A stretch of 32,000 bases of DNA from Candidatus Saccharimonadota bacterium (lineage in GTDB: Bacteria; Pseudomonadota; Gammaproteobacteria; Enterobacterales; Enterobacteriaceae), in the NCBI RefSeq assembly GCF_012562765.1, contig NZ_CP046226.1:390001-422000 (forward strand), in the 5' to 3' direction. Both the position numbers and the translations under genes were made by a program. Below the pieces are notes generated by a model that was not told the origin of the DNA, ran no database searches, and worked only from the letters and a program-made list of their open reading frames with translations. Positions 1 through 9,780 of the stretch are shown piece after piece. Position 1 is the stretch's first letter. Each line of letters opens with the position of its first letter.

Positions 1-417
1 GATCCCCCCATATTCAAACAAGATACCACGTGTCCCGTTCTACTCTTCGAGATCACAATTAATATATTTTAATATACGGGACTATCACCCTGTTTCGTAT
101 GACTTTCCAGACATTTTTACTAATATAATAATTGATTAAGTCTCTGGGCTATTTCCTTTTCGCTCGCCGCTACTAAGAAAATCTCAATTGATTTCTTTTC
201 CTCAGGTTACTTAGATGTTTCAGTTCTCCTGGTTTGCCTCGTTATTCTATGAATTTAAATAACGATAATGTATAAAATAATACATTGGGTTTCCCCATTC
301 GGATATCATCGACTAATAATGCTTCAAATCAGCTTATCGATGCTTTTCGCAGATTAGTACGTCCTTCATCGCCTCTGACTGCCAAGGCATCCACCGTATA
401 CGCTTATTTACTTAACC
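1..417 (-). rRNA. rrl: 23S rRNA, 5' portion (about the first 420 nt; continues beyond the window start)
   Basis: Reverse complement of 411-417 onward reads GGTTAAGTAAATAAGCGTATACGGTGGATGCCTTGGCAGTCAGAGGCGATGAAGGACGT. This matches the E. coli 23S 5' end (GGTTAAGCGACTAAGCGTACACGGTGGATGCCCTGGCAGTCAGAGGCGATGAAGGACGT). Window start GATCCCCCCATATTCA is the complement of conserved GAATATGGGGGGA near E. coli position 420. Confidence 0.95.
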
Positions 418-492
418 TTACAACCCACAATCGTTTATCTATGTAAAAACTATTTTTATATTTAAAAAATGATTTTACAAAAATTATCCTAA

Positions 493-505
493 TTATTAAA
501 GAACA
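493..505 (-). promoter_or_regulatory. Spacer boxA-like antitermination motif
   Basis: RNA-sense sequence TGTTCTTTAATAA versus E. coli rrn boxA TGCTCTTTAACAA (11 of 13 identical). It sits in the ITS, where E. coli operons carry their second boxA. Confidence 0.5.
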
Positions 506-538
506 AAAATAAAATTTATTGAAATAAATTTTATTTTT
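505..538 (-). promoter_or_regulatory. Perfect A/T inverted repeat (16-nt arms) immediately 5' of the spacer boxA in the RNA; a possible boxB-like hairpin
   Basis: Plus strand 505-520 AAAAATAAAATTTATT and 523-538 AATAAATTTTATTTTT are exact reverse complements around a 2-nt centre. The position relative to boxA mimics the boxB-boxA order. All pairs are A-U, so chance occurrence in this composition is plausible. Confidence 0.3.
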
Positions 539-540
539 TT

Positions 541-570
541 AAAAACTTTTTAAGGACACTCTTTATAGAG
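541..570 (-). other. 3' half of the 16S precursor processing stem (RNase III-type helix)
   Basis: AAAAACTTTTTAAGGACACTCTTTATAGAG is complementary to 2217-2248. There are 24 consecutive pairs including one G-U, then 6 more pairs with two bulges. The two halves bracket the mature 16S. Confidence 0.65.
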
Positions 571-583
571 TATGTACTTAAAG

Positions 584-2143
<1,560 letters not shown>

Positions 2144-2216
2144 GAAACATAAAAATTAAATAAAATAGAAAATTCAATTTAATTTTTAATTTAACTAAAT
2201 TTATAAATTAACAAAA

Positions 2217-2248
2217 CTCTTATAAAAGAGTGCCCTTAAAAAGTTTTT
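2217..2248 (-). other. 5' half of the 16S precursor processing stem
   Basis: CTCTTATAAAAGAGTGCCCTTAAAAAGTTTTT is the reverse complement partner of 541-570. It lies about 75 nt upstream of the mature 16S 5' end in the transcript. Confidence 0.65.
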
Positions 2249-2253
2249 ATATA

Positions 2254-2266
2254 TTGTTAAAGAACT
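2254..2266 (-). promoter_or_regulatory. Leader boxA antitermination motif
   Basis: RNA-sense AGTTCTTTAACAA versus E. coli boxA TGCTCTTTAACAA (11 of 13). It lies between the candidate promoter and the processing stem, as in E. coli rrn leaders. Confidence 0.55.
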
Positions 2267-2291
2267 ATATTAAAATAAGTATTAAAATTTA

Positions 2292-2319
2292 ATCTTACAT
2301 ACAAATATAAAAGAGTCAA
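2292..2319 (-). promoter_or_regulatory. Candidate sigma70 rRNA promoter
   Basis: Minus strand TTGACT (2319-2314), a 16-nt spacer, then TAAGAT (2297-2292). An A/T-only UP-element-like tract lies upstream. It sits directly after the murI stop, as rrnB P1 follows murI in E. coli. The -10 match is only 4 of 6. Confidence 0.4.
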
Positions 2320-2346
2320 GAATTTTTTATAAAATTAATAAAAAAT

Positions 2347-3162
2347 TTATTTAATTTTAAATTTTTTAAAAAAATTAAATCCTTGATTTAATAAATATTT
2401 TTTTATTTTTACTATTTTTAAAGTATATTTTGTATATAAAATAAAATTTTTTTGTATACTAAATAAAAATTTATGATTGGTTATAATTTTTTGTATTTTA
2501 GATATTATATCAATCTTAGAATCTAAGAATTTAATATTTTTAGGTAAAGTTTCTTTTAATTCATCAATAATTAAAGGAAAATGAGTACAACCCAATATTA
2601 TTGTATCTGGAAAAATTTTTAATTTATACCAAGGGTTAAAAATTTTTTTTATCTTTTTTAAAGATATATTAAATCCTTGTATTTTATCTTCAGCTAACAA
2701 TACTAATTTTTTAGATGATATAGTTTCTATAATATAATTTTTACTAAAATATTTTATTTTTTTTTTTATAGAATAATGTTCTAATGTTGTTTTAGTAGCT
2801 ACTATACCAATAACACCATTATTTGTTTTATTAATAGAATATTTTATAACTGGTGTAACTCCTATAATGGGAAAAGAAAAATAATTTTGTATCATAGGAA
2901 TACTAGAGACACTAGCTGTATTACATGCTATTATTGCTAATGAAAAATGATATTGATATGATACTTTTTTTAAAATTTTTATACAGCGTTTAAAAATACA
3001 ATTTTTTGATTTTATACCGTAAGGAAAAAATTGATTATCTAATAAATATATGAAATATATTTCAGGAAATTTTTTTTTAATTTGATTATATATTGATATT
3101 CCTCCTACTCCTGAATCAAAAATAAAAATTGTAATTTTAGGCTTTAGTAATATTTTATTCAT
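2347..3162 (-). CDS. murI: Glutamate racemase
   Basis: 271 aa. Contains IFDSGVGG, catalytic-Cys motifs IACNTAS and LGCTHFP, and FPYG. Collinear with E. coli MurI and in the conserved position just upstream of an rRNA operon. Confidence 0.93.
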   Translation of the reverse strand: MNKILLKPKITIFIFDSGVGGISIYNQIKKKFPEIYFIYLLDNQFFPYGIKSKNCIFKRCIKILKKVSYQYHFSLAIIACNTASVSSIPMIQNYFSFPIIGVTPVIKYSINKTNNGVIGIVATKTTLEHYSIKKKIKYFSKNYIIETISSKKLVLLAEDKIQGFNISLKKIKKIFNPWYKLKIFPDTIILGCTHFPLIIDELKETLPKNIKFLDSKIDIISKIQKIITNHKFLFSIQKNFILYTKYTLKIVKIKKYLLNQGFNFFKKFKIK

Positions 3163-3319
3163 AATATAATTTTCTTTTTTTTATAAATTTTATTTTTTTA
3201 AAATATTATTACATAAATTTAATTAATGAAAATTTTATTTAAAACATTAATTAATAATTAAATATTATAAAATAATACATAATTTTTATTATAAATATAT
3301 AATTTTATGGATTAAAATA

Positions 3320-4474
3320 ATGAAAAATCCAATTTATTTAGATTATGCAGCTACTACTCCAGTAGATAAAAGAGTTTTAAAAAAAATGATGAAATATTTA
3401 ACTATAGATGGAAATTTTGGTAATCCTTCTTCTAATTTACATATATTTGGATGGAATGCAGAAAGAGCTATTGATAGCGCTAGAAATAATATAGCTAAAT
3501 GTATAGGATGTAATGATAATGAAATTATATTTACATCTTCAGCAAGTGAATCTATTAATATAGCAATAAAATGTGTAGTTAATTCTTTTAAAAAAAATAA
3601 AAAACATATTATTACTAGTACAATAGAACATAAATCTGTAATAGAAACATGTAATTATTTAGAAAAAATTGGATTTCATGTTACATATTTAAAACCATCT
3701 AAAGATGGATTAATTAATTTAAATAAATTTGAAAAAGCTATTAATAATAATACTATTCTAGTTTCTATTATGCATATAAATAATGAAATAGGTGTTATTC
3801 AAAATATATCAAAAATAGGAAAAATATGTAATAATAAAAATATAATTTATCATGTTGATGCAACACAAAGTATTGGAAAATATCCGTTTAATTTAAAAAA
3901 TATGAATATTGATTTAATGTCATTTTCTGCCCATAAATTTTATGGACCAAAAGGAATAGGAGTTTTATATATTAATAAAAAAAAACCAGGTATTATTTTA
4001 GAAACTTTTATTCATGGAGGTGGACAAGAACAAAATATTAGATCAGGTACTTTAGCTGTTCATCAAATAATTGGTATGTCAGAAGCATTAAGTATTTCTA
4101 TTAATGAAATGGAAAAAGATAGATTAAGAATTCAAAATTTAAAAAATTATTTATGGAATAATATAAAAAATATAAAAGGAATATATTATAATGGAAATTA
4201 TTTACATAGTTCTCCTTATATAATTAATATAAGTATTAAAAATGTATTTAATAAATTACTTATTATAGAAATGAATGATATTGCTATTTCTTTTTCATCA
4301 GCATGTACATCTTATTATTCTCAGTCTTCATATGTATTAAAATCAATAGGATTAAAAAATGAATTAATTAAAAATTCTATACGTATTTCTTTAGGTAGAT
4401 TTACTACTAAAAAAGAAATTGACTATACTATTTATAAATTACATAAATCAATAAATAAAATAACACATAATTAA
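3320..4474 (+). CDS. iscS: Cysteine desulfurase IscS (class I NifS/IscS type)
   Basis: 384 aa. N-terminus PIYLDYAATTPVD...FGNPSS..H.FGW matches E. coli IscS. Also present: the PLP-Lys motif SFSAHKFYGPKGIG, the catalytic loop SSACTS..SYVLKSIGL, and SLGRFTTKKEIDYTI near the end. It ends about 20 residues before the E. coli C-terminus. Confidence 0.92.
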   Translation: MKNPIYLDYAATTPVDKRVLKKMMKYLTIDGNFGNPSSNLHIFGWNAERAIDSARNNIAKCIGCNDNEIIFTSSASESINIAIKCVVNSFKKNKKHIITSTIEHKSVIETCNYLEKIGFHVTYLKPSKDGLINLNKFEKAINNNTILVSIMHINNEIGVIQNISKIGKICNNKNIIYHVDATQSIGKYPFNLKNMNIDLMSFSAHKFYGPKGIGVLYINKKKPGIILETFIHGGGQEQNIRSGTLAVHQIIGMSEALSISINEMEKDRLRIQNLKNYLWNNIKNIKGIYYNGNYLHSSPYIINISIKNVFNKLLIIEMNDIAISFSSACTSYYSQSSYVLKSIGLKNELIKNSIRISLGRFTTKKEIDYTIYKLHKSINKITHN

Positions 4475-4626
4475 AACTAATTTAAAATAATATTAAAAAA
4501 TTCTATCTATAAAAAATATAAAAAATATTAGTAATAATTAAGTATTAATATGTCATAAATAATTTTATTAATTTTAAATATTATTTTAAATATATATTTA
4601 AAATATAAATTGATATAATAGTATAA

Positions 4627-6036
4627 TTATATTATATGAACAGAAGTAGTATTTGTTGTTCCACTTGGAACTAAAGCTCCAGAAACCATAACAATAACAT
4701 CTCCTTTTATAGCATATTTGCTAGATAAAGCAACTTTTTTACCTATATAATAAAAATCATCTGTAGATAATATTTTCTTTACTAATTTAGGTATAATTCC
4801 TTTACTTAATATTAATTGTTTAGAAGTTTTAATATTAGTTGTTAAGGCTAAAATAATAGCTTTAGGAAAATATTTTCTTACTGATTTTGCAGATTTACCT
4901 AATTCTGTTGCTACAATAATTAAAGGTGCTTTTAATTTTTCTGATATTTCTACAGCACTACGACATATTGCATCAGTAATACTCATATCTGTATTTTTAT
5001 AAAAATTTATCCTGTTGTCCATAGTTACGTCTGTTCTTTCACAAATATTAGACATGATAGCAACAGATTCTAAAGGATATTTTCCTTTAGCACTTTCTCC
5101 TGATAACATTACAGCATCAGTACCATCTAAAATTGCATTAGCTACATCTCCAGCTTCTGCTCTTGTAGGACGAGGATTTTTAATCATAGAATCTAACATC
5201 TGAGTTGCAGTTATTACTACCTTACCAAAAAAATTACATTTTCTAATCATCATTTTTTGAGCAAAAATTACATCTTCTACAGGTATTTCTACTCCTAAAT
5301 CTCCTCTAGCTACCATTATACCATCAGAAACACTTAAAATATCATCAAAATTATTTAAACCTTCTTGATTTTCAATTTTTGCTATAATTTGAATACTTTC
5401 TCCTTTATTTTTTTTTAAAAATTTTTTAATTTCTAATATATCTTCTTTTTTTCTTATAAATGAAGCAGCAATATAATCTATTTTATTTTTACATGCAAAT
5501 ATTAAATCTTCTTTATCTTTATTTGATAAAGAAGGTAATTTAGTAGATATTCCAGGTAAATTAATTCCTTTATTTTCTGATAATTTACCATTATTTAATA
5601 CTTGACAAATAATATTATTATTACTTATTTCTAATACTTTCATTTCTATAAGACCATCATCTACAAGTATTTTATTTCCTATATTAAGATCAAAAATTAA
5701 ATTAGGATATGTTATAGCAACACAATGATTATCACCAATAACAGATTTATCTGTAGTTAAAACAAATTTTTGTCCAGATTTTAAATCTACATCTATACCT
5801 TTTTTAAGTTTTATAGTACGTATTTCAGGACCTTTAGTATCTAATAATATTGCTGCATTTTGTCCTGTTATATCCATAATTTCTCTTAAAATTATGATAC
5901 GTTTTTCATGATCTTTATGATTTCCATGAGAAAAATTTAATCTCATAACATTCATTCCTAAATTTAATAATTTGGATAATATTTCTTTAGATTCTGAACT
6001 AGGTCCAATAGTACATATTATTTTTGTTTTTTTCAT
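4627..6036 (-). CDS. pykF: Pyruvate kinase I
   Basis: 469 aa. [12 protein letters not shown]...[11 protein letters not shown]...[10 protein letters not shown]...[12 protein letters not shown]...[42 protein letters not shown]...[12 protein letters not shown] is near-collinear with E. coli PykF (470 aa). Confidence 0.96.
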   Translation of the reverse strand: MKKTKIICTIGPSSESKEILSKLLNLGMNVMRLNFSHGNHKDHEKRIIILREIMDITGQNAAILLDTKGPEIRTIKLKKGIDVDLKSGQKFVLTTDKSVIGDNHCVAITYPNLIFDLNIGNKILVDDGLIEMKVLEISNNNIICQVLNNGKLSENKGINLPGISTKLPSLSNKDKEDLIFACKNKIDYIAASFIRKKEDILEIKKFLKKNKGESIQIIAKIENQEGLNNFDDILSVSDGIMVARGDLGVEIPVEDVIFAQKMMIRKCNFFGKVVITATQMLDSMIKNPRPTRAEAGDVANAILDGTDAVMLSGESAKGKYPLESVAIMSNICERTDVTMDNRINFYKNTDMSITDAICRSAVEISEKLKAPLIIVATELGKSAKSVRKYFPKAIILALTTNIKTSKQLILSKGIIPKLVKKILSTDDFYYIGKKVALSSKYAIKGDVIVMVSGALVPSGTTNTTSVHII

Positions 6037-6086
6037 ATATTTTATGTATTCCTATATTTTAAAATATAATTTTATATTATTTATAA

Positions 6087-6518
6087 TTAAATATTAATTA
6101 ATTTTATTAATCTTTTTTTTATAGTATTTATAATAATATCTATTCCTTGTAATCTAGATAGAGATAGATATTTATCTAGAGATAATTGTTTAAAACATGA
6201 TTGAATATCAAAGTTAATAATTTTATTATAAGTTTTATTATTATAAAATATAAAAATAATAGCTAATAAACCTTGTACTATAGAAGAATCGCTATATCCT
6301 TTAAATGATACATGATCATTACTAAAATTAATTTTTAAAGTAATCCAAACTTGACTTTGACAACCATGAATCAAATTTTTTGAAGAATGATGTTTTTGTG
6401 ATAAAATAGGAATTTTATTTCCTAATTCAATTATATATAAATAACGTTCTTCCCAATTACTACAACGCTTAAAATTAGTTTTTAATATATTTTGATTAGG
6501 TAATATATTTATAACCAT
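6087..6518 (-). CDS. sufE: Sulfur acceptor protein SufE
   Basis: 143 aa. RCSNWEERYLYIIELG and the GCQSQVW active-site Cys motif, as in E. coli SufE. Last gene of the suf operon. Confidence 0.92.
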   Translation of the reverse strand: MVINILPNQNILKTNFKRCSNWEERYLYIIELGNKIPILSQKHHSSKNLIHGCQSQVWITLKINFSNDHVSFKGYSDSSIVQGLLAIIFIFYNNKTYNKIINFDIQSCFKQLSLDKYLSLSRLQGIDIIINTIKKRLIKLINI

Positions 6519-6520
6519 AA

Positions 6521-7753
6521 TTATTTATTTAATAAATTATTTATATAGATTAATTTACTAATAAATATATCTATTTCTTCAAAAATATTATATATAGAAA
6601 AAGATATTCTACACATAGATTTAACATTATAATATTTCATTATAGGAATAGCACAATGATGTCCAGTACGTATTGCAATACCATATTCATCAAGAAAACA
6701 TCCTATGTCATAAGGATGATAGTTTTTTAAATTAAAAGAAATAATACCTACTCTATTTTTTAAAAAACTATTACCAAAAATTTTAATATTTGGTATGTTA
6801 GAAATTTTTTTTAAAGCATATAATGTTAAACTTTGATTATGATTTATAATATCTTTAATATTAAAAGATGTAAACCATGATAACGCTTCACCTAACCCTA
6901 TAATTCCTGCAATATTAGGAGAACCTGCTTCAAATTTCCATGGTATTTTTTCCCAAATAGGAAAATTATTACAATCAATATTACTTATCATACCTCCTCC
7001 AAACTCCCAGGGTGGCATTAATTCTAATATATTTTTTTTTCCATAAAGTATACCAATTCCTGTAGGACCAAAAATTTTATGCCCAGAAAAAACAAAAAAA
7101 TCACATCCAATGTCTTGAACGTTAATTATTCTATTTGTAACTGCTTGAGCACCATCTATTAATGTTAAAATATTTTTACTTTTAGCTAATTTTACTATTT
7201 TATTTATGGGATTAACTGTACCTAATACATTAGAAATATAAGTAATAGATATTAATTTAGTTTTTTGATCTATTAAATTAGAAATTTGTTTAAAATTTAA
7301 TTCTCCATTTTGAGTTAATGGTATAATACGAATATTAAATCCTATTTTTTCTGATATAATCTTCCATGGAAAAATATTAGAATGATGTTCCATTTCTGAA
7401 ATAATAATATTATCTCCTGAAGAAAGATTATTTATACCCCAGGTATTTGCAATTAAATTTATTCCTTCCGTAGTACTTTTAGTAAAAATTATTTCTTCTA
7501 TTTTTCTTGCGTTAATAAAATTAGCTACTTGATAACGTACTTTTTCCATAATGTTAGTTGCTTCTATACTTAATGTATGTGTTCCTCTATGTACTGATGA
7601 ATAATTTTTTTTATAAAAATTACTTATCTTAGAAATAACTGATATTGGTTTATGTACAGTAGCAGCGTTATCAAAATAAATAAAGTTATGTTTATTAACT
7701 TTACGTGATAAAATAGGAAATTGTTTTCTAATTTTTATTAAATTTAAATTCAT
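6521..7753 (-). CDS. sufS: Cysteine desulfurase SufS (class II)
   Basis: The start is placed at the internal ATG (7753). This gives MNLNLIKIRKQFPILSRKVN, which aligns with the E. coli SufS N-terminus (..VRADFPVLSREVN). Also present: FSGHKIFGPTGIG (PLP Lys) and RTGHHCAIP (catalytic Cys). The longer track ORF (to 7843) would add 30 non-homologous residues. Confidence 0.93.
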   Translation of the reverse strand: MNLNLIKIRKQFPILSRKVNKHNFIYFDNAATVHKPISVISKISNFYKKNYSSVHRGTHTLSIEATNIMEKVRYQVANFINARKIEEIIFTKSTTEGINLIANTWGINNLSSGDNIIISEMEHHSNIFPWKIISEKIGFNIRIIPLTQNGELNFKQISNLIDQKTKLISITYISNVLGTVNPINKIVKLAKSKNILTLIDGAQAVTNRIINVQDIGCDFFVFSGHKIFGPTGIGILYGKKNILELMPPWEFGGGMISNIDCNNFPIWEKIPWKFEAGSPNIAGIIGLGEALSWFTSFNIKDIINHNQSLTLYALKKISNIPNIKIFGNSFLKNRVGIISFNLKNYHPYDIGCFLDEYGIAIRTGHHCAIPIMKYYNVKSMCRISFSIYNIFEEIDIFISKLIYINNLLNK

Positions 7754-9029
7754 TAAAAATATTCTCTTTAGAGAAATAACTGGATAAATAATTACATATC
7801 TTTTTTTTAAAATTATCATCACAAATATTTTGAATAAAGTCAACTACAAATGCAAAAAGAAGTATATTTTGTGATTTTTTAAAGTCTATACCTCTTGTTC
7901 TTAAAAAAAATAAATGTTGATCATCTATTTTACCAGAAAAAACCCCATGTTTACATTTTACATCATTATTATAAATATCTAATTCTGGTTTAACATTCAT
8001 TTCTGAATCTTTATTAAGCAATAATCCACTGTAATTCATTTGACCATTTGTTTGTATAGCTAATGGATTAATTTTTAATAGTCCTTTAAAATTTATAATA
8101 GATTTATTTGATACTATTGCTTTAAAAAGTTGATTACTATAACAATATTTTCCATTATGTTCTAAATAACTTTTAATATAAGAAACATTATTTCCTTTTA
8201 ATAAAGATAAACTTTTATATTCTAATTGCGAATTATTTCCATTAAATTGAAAATTATTATTTTGATATATCATTTTATTAGACATCAAAAAATCATATTT
8301 TTTAATATAACTATTATTTTTAAATAAATATTCATCATTAGTAAAATAATAATTTTTTTTATTACCAGTAATTAATTTATAATGAGTTAAATTTACATTA
8401 TTTTCTAAAATTAAAGTTGTATAAATATTATTTAAATAAGATTGATTTATATCAATATAATGTTCAAAAATTGTAATAGATTGTCTTTTTTTTATATGTA
8501 TATAATTTCTATAATTTGACATATAAAGAAAATTATTATTATTGTAACCTATATTAATATATATTAAATAAAGTGGTTTAATATAATTAATATTATTTAA
8601 ATTTATATCAATAAAAATAATTTCTTTAGATAAAGATTCTGATAAATGAGTAAAAATATTATGTTTAATAAAAGTATTTTGATTATTTAAATTATTAAAT
8701 TTATTAATAGTTATTTTATACCAAATATTATCTATATCACTTATATTTTTATTTAGTTTACCATTAATAAAATATAAAAAAATAGCATTTAATTTAAAAA
8801 TAAAACTTGATAAATCTTTTTTTAGTAATGGTTTAATTAAGGGAATTTTAAATAGTTTATTATGTATAATATTTATATATGTATTTTTTTTTATATATTG
8901 TTGATTATTTAATAATTTTTTTAATTTTAACCAATGATTTTCCGATTTTTCTGAAAAATGATTTTTTTTATGTAATTTATATATATAATTTAATTGTTTC
9001 AATAAATTATTATTTATTAAGCCAGCCAT
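7728..9029 (-). CDS. sufD: Fe-S cluster assembly protein SufD
   Basis: 433 aa. Starts MAGL like E. coli SufD. The C-terminal half is conserved (NSRQ-like YSNQLFKAIVS, TNGQM, PELDIYNNDVKCKHG, FFLRTRGI). Overlaps sufC by 20 nt and sufS by 26 nt. Confidence 0.9.
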   Translation of the reverse strand: MAGLINNNLLKQLNYIYKLHKKNHFSEKSENHWLKLKKLLNNQQYIKKNTYINIIHNKLFKIPLIKPLLKKDLSSFIFKLNAIFLYFINGKLNKNISDIDNIWYKITINKFNNLNNQNTFIKHNIFTHLSESLSKEIIFIDINLNNINYIKPLYLIYINIGYNNNNFLYMSNYRNYIHIKKRQSITIFEHYIDINQSYLNNIYTTLILENNVNLTHYKLITGNKKNYYFTNDEYLFKNNSYIKKYDFLMSNKMIYQNNNFQFNGNNSQLEYKSLSLLKGNNVSYIKSYLEHNGKYCYSNQLFKAIVSNKSIINFKGLLKINPLAIQTNGQMNYSGLLLNKDSEMNVKPELDIYNNDVKCKHGVFSGKIDDQHLFFLRTRGIDFKKSQNILLFAFVVDFIQNICDDNFKKKICNYLSSYFSKENIFNEFKFNKN

Positions 9030-9750
9030 AACCTTGATCCTCTAATTGTTTAACTAACATAAAATCACTAGATTTAACAATTTTATTATTATAAAGTATA
9101 TGTACATAATCTGGTTTAACATAGTCTAATATACGACGATAATGAGTAATAATAATAAATGATCTATTTTTAGATCTCATAATATTTATTATTTTTGAAA
9201 CTTTTTTTAATGCATCAATATCTAATCCTGAATCAATTTCATCTAAAATACATAATTTTGGTTTTAAAATTAACATTTGTAGTATATCATTAATTTTTTT
9301 TTCACCGCCAGAAAAACCCACGTTTACAAAACGTTGGAGAAAATCTTCTTTTATACCTAATATTTTTATATTTTTTTGAATTAAATCTTGAAAATCAAAT
9401 CTATCTAATGTAGATAGACCATTATATTTTCTTATTTCATTCAATGATGTATATAAAAATAAATTATTAGTAACACCTGGTATTTCAGGAGGATATTGAA
9501 ATGAAACAAAAATTCCTTCTCTTGCTCTTATTTCAGGATCCATATTTAATAAATTTTTTTTTTTAAAATATATATTCCCTTTAGAAATAATATATTCTTT
9601 TTTTCCTACTAAAATAAATGACAAAGTACTTTTACCGGATCCATTAGGACCCATTATAGCATGAATTTCTCCAGAATTAATTGTTAGATTAAATTGATCT
9701 AATATTACTTTATTATTTATATGAACATGTAAATTTTTTATTTTTAACAT
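9010..9750 (-). CDS. sufC: Fe-S cluster assembly ATPase SufC
   Basis: Walker A GPNGSGKST, signature FSGGEKK, Walker B LCILDEIDSGLD, C-terminus QGYGWL. The ATG at 9750 gives MLKIKNLHV, aligning with E. coli MLSIKDLHV. The track start at 9762 is a TTG, four codons upstream. Confidence 0.93.
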   Translation of the reverse strand: MLKIKNLHVHINNKVILDQFNLTINSGEIHAIMGPNGSGKSTLSFILVGKKEYIISKGNIYFKKKNLLNMDPEIRAREGIFVSFQYPPEIPGVTNNLFLYTSLNEIRKYNGLSTLDRFDFQDLIQKNIKILGIKEDFLQRFVNVGFSGGEKKINDILQMLILKPKLCILDEIDSGLDIDALKKVSKIINIMRSKNRSFIIITHYRRILDYVKPDYVHILYNNKIVKSSDFMLVKQLEDQGYGWLNK

Positions 9751-9780
9751 AATTTTATGCAAAATATATTGATTAAAATA

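Larger units (their letters stand above)
418..583 (-). other. 16S-23S internal transcribed spacer, about 166 nt, with no tRNA gene
   Basis: Bounded by the recognisable 16S 3' end and 23S 5' end. Read on both strands, it has no GTTCGAATC-type T-arm and no cloverleaf-capable G/C-containing segment. Confidence 0.85.

Noticed and set aside
4584-4603. Perfect 20-nt palindrome TTTTAAATATATATTTAAAA between convergent iscS and pykF, and AAATATTATTAAATAATATTT at about 16759-16779, as bidirectional terminators
   Set aside because: The stems are all A/T, have negligible stability and are frequent by chance in this composition. They cannot be distinguished from background without transcript 3'-end data.
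5015-5203. Short ORFs antisense to or out of frame with real genes: 5015-5203(+), 13040-13240(-), 16481-16720(-), 20728-21042(-), 22898-23086(+), 29335-29586(+), 29948-30172(-)
   Set aside because: Each is nested within a strongly supported conserved CDS (pykF, murJ, DedA-family gene, nuoL, nuoI, nuoCD). The sequences are low-complexity with no recognisable motifs. The 104-aa alternative frame in nuoL is the longest, but there is no independent support for it.
7754-7843. N-terminal extensions in the ORF track: sufS to 7843, nuoJ to 22645, sufC to 9762 (TTG), DedA-family gene from 16167 (TTG)
   Set aside because: The extensions have no counterpart in the E. coli orthologues. Internal ATGs give N-termini that align residue-for-residue. 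The extensions would also create long overlaps with upstream genes.
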